Shown: positions 12,544 to 23,417 of the stretch, in pieces
Numbering within the stretch: position 1 is the stretch's first letter
Layout of the letters: the number at the start of each line of letters is the position of its first letter
Origin: Marsupella aquatica
Lineage: Eukaryota > Plantae > Marchantiophyta
DNA length: 64,000 nucleotides
Direction of reading: 5' to 3'
NCBI GenBank assembly: GCA_973895155.1
Contig: OZ316892.1
Span: 28,544,307 to 28,608,306, forward strand
Position numbers and translations under genes: made by a program
The notes under the pieces: model-generated
Told to the model about the DNA's origin: nothing
Seen by the model: the letters and a program-made list of their open reading frames with translations, nothing else
The model's database searches: none

Positions 12544-15030
12544 ATGTCAGCAGAGGAGCCGAGTCGTAGCAGCTCATCGCCACCGACACCCAGGTACCAC
12601 TTGCGGAGTGATCCACGACCGTTGGTGCCAATTTCATTGGAGTCTCGAGAATTTCGTCGGCGTCAACAGACAGCAGCAGCACCCACACCACGCAACCCTC
12701 CTGCTACATTTGGCGGTCGCTTTACCACTACTCCAAAGCCTGCTATCACTTCATTGCCATTTACCTCTTCTGCATCAGTGGTTGTTCCTGCTTCACCGAC
12801 ATACAGCATGGATGCCAACCACTCATCTGGCCGCATTGAGCGCTTCAGCGGGCGGCCAGGCACTGTCTCTTTACGTGAGTTCAAATCCACTTTCTACACT
12901 GTCGTTTACGAATTGGAGTTGAAGTACGGCAGCAATTTCACCAATGCATTTGCATTTAAGCAGCTAGCCAGGTATGTGCACCATGAGGCTTTAGATGTGT
13001 ATGAGCAGCACTCTCAACGGCTGCTTGCTGTCACACAGTTGCCTAACCCTACCTATGCCAGTGCAATTGCGGCAGCTTCACAATTGGCCTTACAAAATGC
13101 CATTGCAGCCCATGCTGCTGCTCCTGCCACTTCCCCTCCTACTCCAGTTCCTACCACTGCGCCCGTTACTCCCACTGTCTTGGCACAAGCTACATTAGGC
13201 ATTTCTCCCACCATTGATTCCCCTACCTTTGCTGATCCAGTGGCTGAGTTTTTCCAGGTTCTTGAATTGGAATTCCCAATCAAGAGTGCTGACAAAATCA
13301 TGCAGTTGGCCACCTTTGTGAGGCAGCGCGATGAAACCTTGAAGATGATGTATCGCCGGCTTCTCAAGCTGAAGAAGGACACCCAGAGCATCACTGACCT
13401 GGAAGCTGCTCATCGCTATCTTCGCGCATTGGAGGGCACACCAGCTCTCCATTCGCAAGTGTTGCAGCAAGTATTCTCAAAATTTGGAGACAGCTACACC
13501 CTACTCAATGTCTATGACACTGCTGAGAAACTTGAGTTGGCCCATGCACATTATGAGGCCAGTATTGCGCGTCCACCGCGATCCAGGTACCAGGCTGCTG
13601 CCCCTACACTGGCCATCCCTTCCCGTGTGCCACAGTATGGTTCCAAGACCAAGCCAGCCCATGCTGCTTTCATGTTGCCATCTTGCAACTACTGTGGTAA
13701 CCCCAATCACAAGGCTAATGAGTGTGATATTGTTGCTGAGGACCTATCTTGTGATTTTTGCGGGAAAGTGGGTCACTTGGAGGCAGTTTGTTTTGCCAAA
13801 TTCCCAGAGCGGAAGCAGCTACGACAACAGGTCCCTCATCCTACCCCTGCTTCCACTCCCCCACCAGCTAGGAGGGCTCCTACTGCATCCACTGCTCCTC
13901 CTTCCAGTGGCAAAGCACCTGGTGCTAACAAATTGCCCAAGCAGCCACAGAAGCAACCAGCTCAGAAGGAGGCTCACAACGCACAGGCAACTCAACTCCA
14001 GTCTCTGACTCATGAGGTTGAGTCATTACGTGCCCAACTTGCCAACATCAAAGGCAAGTCCACTGCCTCTGCTGGTCCTTCTCAACCGGCTGGTCACGTG
14101 CAACCCATCCCCGGCCCAGGCACCACTGACAGTTCAGCACCCCTACCCCGCTCTTTCTATGGCTTGCCATTTGATGCTCATATGGGTGAGTGTGTGCTGT
14201 CCTCTGCTACACAGCCTGGCCTTACAGCAGAATTTTCAGATTCATTCTGCCCTTCCTATTTTGCTTACCAGCAGGCCAGTGCTGCCTCCCGTATTGCTCC
14301 CACACGCCGCATTGTACAAGCTGATGGTCTTGCTACTGGTCCTATGACTAGAGCCAAGGGAGCTCGGGCTGTCATGCCCCAATCTTTTCAGCCACTCACA
14401 CTTGCTGAAGAGCGCACCTTGTTGGCGAGGGGGGAGGGAGCTGCAACTACATCCATTCCACCACCAGGTGCTGCTGACATTTCACAGGGAGTTGTTTTTC
14501 CTGAGCTGCTTGAGCATTTCACCTCCGGTATGGCACAAAGGATTCTTACCACTCCACTTTTCAGTTGCCATGATTTACAACTGGATGCTAGAGCTGTCAT
14601 CAGAGCGCTAGAGGGCTCACTGCATTCTTCATCAGCCCTTGTGACACCGGTTTTGGAGGTCCAATCTCATGTTAATACTGGACCTTCTTCTTCTCCATTG
14701 CATGCTTCCACTGGTTTGGCTATCCCAGTACCGATTTCCAGTGGTAGAGATGACGGTATTGCTGTAGATTGTGTGACTAGAGCTACACTTGATTCTGGTC
14801 ATGCTGCTCCATCTTTCCTGGCTATGCTGTTGAGTGGGAAGACCATGGACACTAACTCCCTTCACAAGGTACCTCATCATTTGCCAAAAGTGGTGCCTAG
14901 TGACAGGACTTTAGTTTCCACCACCATTGCCATTGTTGACAACAGGAATTCAGCAGTCAAGTTGGAGGGTCACACTCCTCAGGTGGTCATGCTAGACACA
15001 GGCGCTCAACCAGTAATCTTGGGCATTTAG
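12544..15030 (+). pseudogene. Gag (two CCHC zinc knuckles) plus start of aspartic protease
   Basis: CNYCGNPNHKANEC and CDFCGKVGHLEAVC knuckles; protease motif VMLDTGA. In-frame TAG at 15028-15030, after which the frame continues (FAKKMGL...LIGQEAL). Confidence 0.9.
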
Positions 15031-15660
15031 TTTGCCAAGAAGATGGGACTGCTGACTGATCATTTACAGCAATCCAGGTGGCACATTCGGACTGCTAGTG
15101 GCACTGTGGAGGATGTGCTGGGTGAGAGTTCTACTTTACTCACTCTCACTTTTAATGGAGGTACAGATCAGGAACTGCATTTCCCAGTCAGATGTTTGGT
15201 TACCAATGCCACTACGTATGATGTGCTCATTGGCCAGGAGGCTTTGTTCCCACCAGGTTTTACCATTGACAACTGGCATGAGCATGCATACTACAGAGTT
15301 GATTGGCATACGGATGGCTCACACTTGGGATACATTCCACTTGATTTGCATGGTGCCCATACCCCTATGGCTCACCACTGTGTGTTGAAAGCAGTGCACA
15401 CAGCTACCTATGTCAACCATCCATTGCAGGATTGGATTGAGGAGGATGAGGATGAGGTGGCTACTGCACATGCTGCTGCACGTGTAGCAGCACTTTCCAG
15501 CAACGTGGATCATCAACCAGAGGTGGTACAACGGCTCCAAGCAGCCCATGGACCTTTGGTGGTTGCATTGCACAAATTTGAGGACCTTGGGCAGCATAAT
15601 GGACAACCAATGGCCCCAATCTTGAGCGCACCAGTTACCTGGACTCCTCCTTCAGATGGC

Positions 15661-16600
15661 CTTACATTGCTTGAGCTTTTTGGTGGCATTTCTACAGGCC
15701 TGGAAGCTCTCCTAAAGTCTGGCATGGTGGTGAAGCAGTACATCTATGTGGATATTGATCCAAGTGCAAGGCAAGTGGCTGAATCCCGGCTGCTGGAATT
15801 TTCAGAGCGATTTCCTCAGCAATTTCCACACAGTGCATGGAAGTCTGCATTTTCTTTCTTTCCTCCAGATATCCAGCTTGTCCAGCACTGGCACTTAACC
15901 CTTCTTGGCTCCCTTGATTTGATCATAGCTGGTTGGGAATGCCAAGGGTTTTCAGCTGCTGGTCACGGGCTGGACTGCATGATTCTCGTTCTGGCCTTTT
16001 CACAGCATTGGTTCAGATTCTCACCTGGGCTCAATCACTTTATCCTGCTATTGGTTATATCATTGAGAATACTCCATCTCAGTTTGACCAGCGTCCACAG
16101 GTCACAGAGGATTTCAGTGTGGTCCAGCACTACTTGGGACCACCCCTTCTCATTGATGCAGTGCACTATGGTTCTTATGCACATCGTCTTCGTAACTTTT
16201 GGACTAACCTTGCACCACCTTCCTTGCTGGAGATGGCTCTTCACCACACATCCAGGGACACTAACCTTATAGTGGACCAGATTTTGGATCCTGACAGTTC
16301 TTGCCAACCAGTTACACGGCAAGAGCCAGCACCTTGGTATCCAGCTAATACCATTGGACAACCCCGTGCTGCTTGGCCTACATTTGTGTCCTTTCCAGGT
16401 GCACATGCTTTTCAGGGTGATGGTCCTGGGCTGGTTTATCGACATTCTACTGGTACATGGGATGAACCTAGTCCTGAGGAGAGAGAACGGGCTATGGGCT
16501 TCCAATCCGGTACTACAGGTCACACCAAAATCACCAGGCTGGCCAGGAATGCTTTACTTGGTAGGGTAATGGATCTCAATGCTCTCACTTGGCTTCTGGT
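15661..16600 (+). pseudogene. C5 cytosine DNA methyltransferase domain within Pol (1-bp frameshift near 15969)
   Basis: Motif I LLELFGGISTG, II YVDID, III DI, IV IIAGWECQGFS, V DSRSGLF, VI IIENT, VIII AHRLRNFWTN, IX EERERAMGF, X RNALLG, in canonical order. Confidence 0.9.
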
Positions 16601-16949
16601 CACTTGCATCCTTTTTCAGATGTACATTCCTCCAGCATTAGGAGCTCCAGCCCTACCCCTCCACAGTGCTGCTACATGGCATCCAGACCAGGTGCACTTA
16701 CCTCTATTCAACACTCACCGCTTCAGTCCAAGTGTTGGGGGGGAGGAGGTCCCTTGTAATGTGGCTGACATTATTTCTGAGTTTCATGGTGTGGATCAGA
16801 CCAGAGCAACAGATACAACAGGCCTTGGAGAGGCCTCATCACCTTATCAGCAGCATGCTAGCAGCTTGGACAGTGGAGAGGCTGGCACTTCTGGCTCTTC
16901 AAGCACGAGTACATCAGGTCCTATTCCTAGTGTTGCCAACTACACATTT

Positions 16950-18360
16950 ATCATGGGCAACCACCTGAGTAAAAGACAGAAGGACCAGCTGCTGAATTTG
17001 CTCCTCAAGCATGAGAATGTGTTTGCTTTCTCTATGAAGGACTTGGGTAAGTGCAAGACTATGCAGTTCTCCATTGAGTTGGCTGATGAAACACCTATCT
17101 TTAGGCAAAGACACCGTTTGAGTAAGCATGAGTGGCAGCTGGTGGATGAGAGGTGCCAAGAGCTTTATGAAGCTGGTCTTATTCAGCCATCTATATCAGA
17201 TTTTGCGGCAGCTACAGTGATGCCAGCAAAGAAGGATTCCAGTGGATTGTGGATAGAGAAGTGCATGTGTGGGGACTACAGGCCATTGAACCTGGTCACA
17301 CCCCAGGACAGGTACCCCATGCCGCGGCCAGAGGAGCTATTTGACAGCATTGGAGACTCAGACATCAAGATTCACTCTTGTGGATCTAAGGCAAGGCTTC
17401 AACCAGATTTTGCTGCTTGCAAAGGATCACAAGAAAACAGCTTTCCATGGTAGTAACCAACTATGGGAGTGGTTGGTGATGCCATTTGGCTTGAAGAATG
17501 CGCCCATATTCTTTCAAAGAGTCATGGACCAGGTTCTGCAAGGTGCTGAGTTTCTGAAATGCTACATTGATGATGTGTTGGTCCACAGCAAAGGATTTGA
17601 CTAGCATCTACTTGACCTTGAGGAGCTATTCATGAGGCTTAAGAAGGTGAACCTAAAGATACACCCCAAGAAGTGTGAATTTGCTGTCAGATCAGTAGTA
17701 TATCTTGGGCATCGCATTCTTCCAAATGGAACCATGGCTCACTGGGCCAAGGTGGTATCCATCTTGGAAATGCCCACTCCTACCGATGTTCACACTTTGA
17801 GGAGTTTTATTGGGTTGTGCAATTACTACCGGATCTACATCAAAGATTTAAGTACCATTGCACACCCATTGTATGCTTTGTTGAAAAAGAATGTGACTTG
17901 GACATGGAGTACAGATGCTGAGGTAGCATTTGCCACTTTGAAGGAGAAGCTCTCAGAATACCCGGTGCTGAGAAGACCTGATTTCAACAAGGTCTTTGTG
18001 CTACACACAGATTGGAGTGCCCTTGGGATTGGTGCCATTCTGGGCCAGCATGATGAGGAAGGTAAAGAGTACGTCATTGCGTATGCATCCAGGAGCAACA
18101 ATCAGGCAGAGAGTCATTATTCTTCTTATGAGGGTGAATGCCTTGCTGTTGTGTGGGCTGTCATACATTACAGGCCCTACCTCTATGGGACCAGGTTTGT
18201 TCTCTACACCGACCACCAGCCCTTGAAGTGGTTGATGACCAACGACAAGCTTACTGGCAAGCTTGCTCGTTGGGCACTCATACTCCAGGAGTATGATTTT
18301 GAGGTAATTCATAGGCCTGGTGTGACACATCAAAATGCTGACACTATGTCCCGCAGCCCT
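16950..18360 (+). pseudogene. Ty3/gypsy reverse transcriptase and RNase H (frameshift ~17370, stop 17602-17604)
   Basis: MCGDYRPLN..T..DRYPMP, VDLRQGFNQI, MPFGLKNAP, YIDD, YLGH; RNase H TDWS..G.GA.L.Q, EGECLAV, TDHQPL, NADTMSR. Confidence 0.95.
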
Positions 18361-18409
18361 TTGATTGCCTCTGATGATCCCTCAGATGCACGGCAGGATT
18401 TTAACCAGG

Positions 18410-19936
18410 GTTTCCATCCTGCCTATATTTCATGCATCTACCTATCTTGCTTTGCTGCCATGCTACATTGTTGACCAACCTGTGTTGGACATATGGGAGG
18501 ATAGCGACACTCTGAGATTTCTGCAGGATGGGGAGTACCCCACCCATGTTACTGCTGCCCAGAGAGACCGAATTCAGCAAAGATCCAAGCGCTACTTGTG
18601 GAAGGGAGATCATCTCGTGCGCTGCTTGCCAGACAGGGAAGTGGTGGTTCCACCCATTCATGAGAGGGTTGGCCTTATCTGTAAGGTACATTCTGAGCTT
18701 GGTCATTTTGGCGTTAAGAGGACTTACAGCCTCTTGGTCCCTCATTATCATTGGAGAGGCATGCATGGCCAAGTTCGAGATGTTATTGCCCGGTGTGAAC
18801 AGTGTGATAGGGTGAGGACTTCTTTCACATCTCGGCAACCCACACTTCATCCACTCCCTATTCAGGGCATGTTTTATCGCTGGTCATGTGATTTGGCTGG
18901 AGAATTACCCCTCACATCTCGGGGTAATCTCTACATCATGATCATGATAGAGCATTTCTCCAAGTGGATAGAACTTGTGGCATTGCCGGATAAGACCTCC
19001 CGTAGCACCAGCCAGGCATTCCTGCAACAAGTTCTCAGCCGCTTTGGAGCTTGTGCAGAATGTCTCACTGACCAGGGCTCAGAGTTTAGAGGAGAGTTCC
19101 AGGAGCTGCTTGATCAGGCCCTCATTGATCATCGCCGGACATCACGAGATCACCCACAGGCAGATGGCTTGGCAGAGCGCATGGTTCAGACATGCAAGAA
19201 GGGTCTCCGGAAGATCTGCCTCACCAAAAACAAGGAGGATTGGGACCTGGCCTTACCCTACATTGCCATGGGGTATAGGATGTCTAGACATGCATCACTG
19301 TCTAACTTTTCTCCCTACTTCTTGTTGTTTGGTCGTCACCCAGTTCCACCTTCTGCTATTGCTGCTCACATGCTTCAGGTGGTGGACTTGGATTCAGCTG
19401 TGACTTGGTCTGATGTGATCTCTGAGAGGGCTGCCCTATTCAGGAGGGTTATGCCCATGGCCATGGAGAATTTGGCCATTGCACAACACAGGGACACACT
19501 GCGTTATGCACACACACAAGGGGGCACTTTTCAGCCCAAGGTCAGGAAGTTTGATGTGGGAGATTTTGTGTACTTGCAGCGGCAAGCTAACGACACCCTG
19601 GACACCTCTACCAGTCGTACTATTCTCAGGGTTAAAGCTATTCAACCGTCTGGAGTGCTAGAGTTACAAGGGGCAGATGGGCGCACAATTGCTGACAATG
19701 CCAAGAATTGCGCCCCGTGTCATCTGCCTAACCTAGATCCCACCATTGTGACTTCTACTTGGATTCCACCTGTGGACTACCCTTGCAAGGTGTGTTTGCG
19801 AATTGATGATGCTGACCAGATGCTCCTGTGTGACAATTGCAATGGAGGGTACCATCTTTTCTGCCTTCGGCCTAAACTTACCCAGGTGCCAGAAGGGTTA
19901 TGGTTTTGCCCTTCTTGTGCTCCACGTGCTACCTGA
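18410..19936 (+). CDS. DDE integrase with C-terminal PHD finger (3' part of Pol)
   Basis: HHCC zinc site (HSELGH...CEQC); D-D(35)E triad (CDLAG, TDQGSEF, GLAERMV); C4HC3 PHD CKVC...LLCDNC...YHLFC...WFCPSC at ~19784-19918. Confidence 0.92.
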   Translation, partial: VSILPIFHASTYLALLPCYIVDQPVLDIWEDSDTLRFLQDGEYPTHVTAAQRDRIQQRSKRYLWKGDHLVRCLPDREVVVPPIHERVGLICKVHSELGHFGVKRTYSLLVPHYHWRGMHGQVRDVIARCEQCDRVRTSFTSRQPTLHPLPIQGMFYRWSCDLAGELPLTSRGNLYIMIMIEHFSKWIELVALPDKTSRSTSQAFLQQVLSRFGACAECLTDQGSEFRGEFQELLDQALIDHRRTSRDHPQADGLAERMVQTCKKGLRKICLTKNKEDWDLALPYIAMGYRMSRHASLSNFSPYFLLFGRHPVPPSAIAAHMLQVVDLDSAVTWSDVISERAALFRRVMPMAMENLAIAQHRDTLRYAHTQGGTFQPKVRKFDVGDFVYLQRQANDTLDTSTSRTILRVKAIQPSGVLELQGADGRTIADNAKNCAPCHLPNLDPTIVTSTWIPPVDYPCKVCLRIDDADQMLLCDNCNGGYHLFCLRPKLTQVPEGLWFCPSCAPRAT

Positions 19937-19969
19937 ATTTTCTTCAGCCCTCCTTTTGGTTGTGGTCTA

Positions 19970-19977
19970 GGGGGGGG
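19970..19977 (+). promoter_or_regulatory. Polypurine-tract-like G8 run immediately before repeat B1
   Basis: Eight consecutive G's (CTA-GGGGGGGG) abut the first base of B1. Confidence 0.55.
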
Positions 19978-20153
19978 ATACAGAGGTTTACACCTCCACT
20001 ACGTACATACCACTTCATTTGCTTTTTCTTGGCACTTGTGAATGTGATTAGACTTTTTCTATGCATGTTGGTTGCTAGCAGCTTGTACATATGCCTTGCC
20101 GGTGACTTGTATGTTTTCGATACACTATGGCTACGATACTATATGTCACGACA
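19978..20153 (+). repeat. Terminal repeat B1 (176 bp)
   Basis: Matches 20514-20689 with 3 substitutions seen. Confidence 0.95.
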
Positions 20154-20155
20154 GC

Positions 20156-20689
20156 TGTCATGCCGAGGGACAGTGCCTCTTATGCACATCGGCATGTCCC
20201 TCGCCTGCCCGCTAGGTATGTAGTTAGGGCTAGTGTACTACCTGAGTTAGCGACATGTTCTTGTAGCAAGTCTGGGCCGTTCTTGAAGCAAATGTGCTTG
20301 TTAGTGTGACGCCAGGACTTTGCTTGCTTAGGGCATGTCTTTCTTTGGGGGTTTTCAGTTCTTCTTGAATCGCTGTTGACAGAGCTCAGACAGTGCTCGT
20401 CGGTTCCGTACACGGGATTCACACAGTGATTCGTTAGATGCTCCCGGCCGATCTTGGCATCCTGCCGGTTTTCGATTTGATTTCAGTACAATTGTTTCTC
20501 TTACGCCTTTTATATACAGAGGTTTACACCTCCACTACGTACATACCACTTCATTTGCTTTTTCTTGGCATTTGTGAATGTGATTGGACTTTTTCTATGC
20601 ATGTTGGTTGCTAGCAGCTTATACATATGCCTTGCCGGTGACTTGTATGTTTTCGATACACTATGGCTACGATACTATATGTCACGACA
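20156..20689 (+). repeat. Terminal repeats A2 (20156-20513) + B2 (20514-20689), together one TG...CA unit
   Basis: Direct alignment to A1 and B1. The A2/B2 joint has no spacer. Confidence 0.95.
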
Positions 20690-20791
20690 TTGTCATCTTG
20701 CTGATTGTTATGCAATCTCACAATTACTTATTGCGTACAACATACCAATTGCATCGTATTACAAAATAAGGACCATGTCATCGGCGTCACA

Positions 20792-21560
20792 TATTGGGTA
20801 GAGCGTCATATGGGAGTGATAAAATTGCATGTCTCTAATCGCACTAGGGTGGAAGGTAGCATTGTAGAGCATCATCTTGGATCAGAGAGTATATTTTATT
20901 GTACAAACATAGTTGCCACGCTAGATCCAAATGCTCCTAGGGGATGGATAGATGAGGCGGCACGAGAGGTGGACTACGAGGATGATAGACTCATTGTGGC
21001 ATCAAAAGAGCATCTCTTAAGCTCAACGGAGCATTTGCAACTCACAACATCTATGTTGTACAACTCACCAGAGGTTATAGGGGAGTGGACATCATTTTAT
21101 GAGGAGAAGCAAAATAGTCGATGACCATGGATATTTCTCAAGAGAAGAGGACAGCTACACAAGATTGTGGGGTCATGGGTTGGTTCACCCACGATTCACA
21201 AAGCAGCACATTGGACAGGAATCCCATTCAATCCACTATTGCCCATTATGGAAAGATTGGGAGATTCTAACCGTGAAGTACCATGCACTTTGACTTTGGA
21301 GGAAGTGACATGCATTGAAGTGCAAATGGTTCAAGATGAATCTTGTGGGCCACAATCGTATGTGTAAAGATGATGCATGCGGATTTACTCGGTTGAAGAC
21401 AAGTGTTATCAGCTCAAATTGGAGGTCTTCAGATCCGTTTGCATTCCCCCATCACCTTGAGCAATGTTTTTACCTACCTTATCCAGATTGACTTAAATTG
21501 GTCCATTGTGATGCCATATATTCCTTGATCACGGTCCATAGTCCAGGATAGACCTAACAT
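20792..21560 (+). pseudogene. CACTA/EnSpm transposase, 3' part (DUF4218/DUF4216-like region)
   Basis: Resumes exactly after the insertion. Removing the insertion and one TATTG restores W-M-Y-W-V-E-R-H-M-G...NRTRVEGSI; later DPFAFP...QCFY motifs. Confidence 0.85.
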
Positions 21561-22838
21561 AATTGTAGTGAAAGATGATGTCATCCCTTCCACAACTTAG
21601 CTAGTAAGTAGCAACTATAGCTAGCCCCCTACCATATTTGTGTTTATTTTATCGACATTATATATTTCTCGACATTATATTTGTTTCTTAGTGTCCACTC
21701 TTGCATAAAACATATTCCATAAAGTATCCCTAATATTTCTTTTAATCCCACTCAACTAAGAACCTCAAGACAACCAAATGATGTCCAATATCCAAACTAT
21801 CAGAAAATCCACATCCGATATCCCCAACATTGGACCCCTTGTCCAATCCTCTTGAAGAGGGGTCCAATATTTCATGCTTTGGACTGTTACCGATGCTTTA
21901 CCTTACGCAACCTAATTTTGTAGCATTCTATTACACAAATAGATCTCCATTGTAATCAATATTGAACAATGTCTGATGTTAATTTTTTATAACGCACAAC
22001 ATATCCGTTCACCTGAACATCAGACCTTTGATATGAATTTTCCGCTCAAGTTTGCGATTCATTTTGTTTCAAAAGGTTTTCAAAGCAATATGTATGGGAT
22101 ATCAGTTGCGTTGGGAAAACCATCGGTATAAGTAAATCCAATACTATACGCACCGGAAAGTACAAAGGTATTTGTATCGGACAATATCTGGTTCTCTCAG
22201 GTTTGAACACGTCAAAATAGTTGTGTTTTAATTTCAGAAACTCGCCAAAAATGTACTAGTGTGCAAAGGAACAAAAACCCCTTACTGGGTTCAAGATTTG
22301 GTTTTGAAATGTGTGCCCGAGTGATTTATCTTTGAAAAGCTTGGCCACCCCTGCCATCCATCCCAAAACACCTTGGCTTCTTAAGTACTGGGTTTCTCAA
22401 ACCTAGACCCAAAGTACAATTGAGGAGGATGGCCAAGCTATAGTAAGTCCTCCTCAATTGGCCATATCAGCATTATTTATCATTCAATTGCTGCAAGTTC
22501 ACCTCAATTTCCCCCAAACTTGATTAACTTCTTTATTTTAGAGACAAATGGTTTTTTAGAAGCATTGTAATAAATTCACCAACATATCCAATGTAATGAC
22601 ATTAAAATAACCTACAATAGTGAAGTTTAGAAATGAGAAAGATAGACGCATTCCCCAACCTCACAACACCTTGATTGCGGTACATTGTCCACCGCAGTTA
22701 GTGTTAGTCATACTAATTGTATAGCCCTTAAAGTTTCCGTCTCACATGAAATAGTGTGAGTCACGTTATTTTTTGTGTCACTCTAATTGCAGTTCACATG
22801 AAGTATAATTGTAGTGCTCCGGTCACAGTTGTATAGTG

Positions 22839-22943
22839 CAGAATGAGAGTCAATAGTGCATAGGCAGTTTCACAAAACACAACATAGGGAATCAGAATGA
22901 GAGTCAATAGTGCATAGGCAGTTTCACAAAACACATCATAGGG
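22839..22943. repeat. Tandem duplication, ~53-bp unit
   Basis: CAGAATGAGAGTCAATAGTGCATAGGCAGTTTCACAAAACAC... present twice. Confidence 0.85.
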
Positions 22944-23417
22944 CATACAATTTGAGAGTAAGTGGCATTCACTAGTGTTGTAACGGAAGAATAACCATGT
23001 TAAGAGGGTGATGTGCTTGGCTCTAGATCTTGGTCTTCAAGGGACAACATTAAGGAATACAAGGAAAGCATTACGAAGCGGACTTTCAAGACAAAGTAAA
23101 AATTCTGAACATCAGACATCTAGTACAAGGTAAATACCGTAAACATCTTTTGGTCACAGCATGAACAAATTAATACCTGAGGAGTCCATTGAACACATCA
23201 TATTATCTACCAAATGCATGTTTGCATATCATCTTTGGAACATAAATGTAAAACTATATTAGGTCACCTTTGTCACCACCCGTCTTTGGTCAAGGGCCTG
23301 GTTTAAGTTGGTGTGTGGGATCTAATTTCAAATGGTACAAAGCAATGCAAAAATTTGATGAAGTTGGTGTATGAGATATCTTTCAAATAGTATAAAACAA
23401 AGGACAAATCTGTCAGA

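Larger units (their letters stand above)
10716..20689 (+). mobile_element. Ty3/gypsy-like retrotransposon encoding a C5 DNA methyltransferase and a PHD finger, with split direct terminal repeats
   Basis: TGTCATG...CACGACA termini and TSD TTGT (10712-10715, 20690-20693). Domain order Gag-PR-DNMT-RT-RH-INT-PHD; repeats arranged A1...B1-A2-B2. Confidence 0.93.
8070..20791. mobile_element. ~2.7-kb solo-LTR-like unit (8070-10715 + 20694-20791) inserted in the CACTA ORF and itself interrupted by the DNMT retroelement
   Basis: Starts TGTCACGC and ends GCGTCACA. 5-bp TSD TATTG at 8065-8069 and 20792-20796. No recognisable coding domain. Confidence 0.85.

Noticed and set aside
15028-15030. Programmed readthrough between gag and pol
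   Set aside because: The stop falls inside the protease domain, just after DTG, and other lesions exist, so mutation is the simpler explanation.
10716-20689. Classifying the element as DIRS/Ngaro because of the split repeats and methyltransferase
   Set aside because: No tyrosine-recombinase ORF is visible. It has a protease, an HHCC-DDE integrase and a TSD, and the MTase is C5-cytosine type rather than the adenine type found in DIRS1-like elements.
4205-22977. Candidate CACTA termini (CACTA at 4205; TAGTG at ~22261 and ~22977)
   Set aside because: No extended TIR match or 3-bp TSD links them, so the element ends remain undefined.
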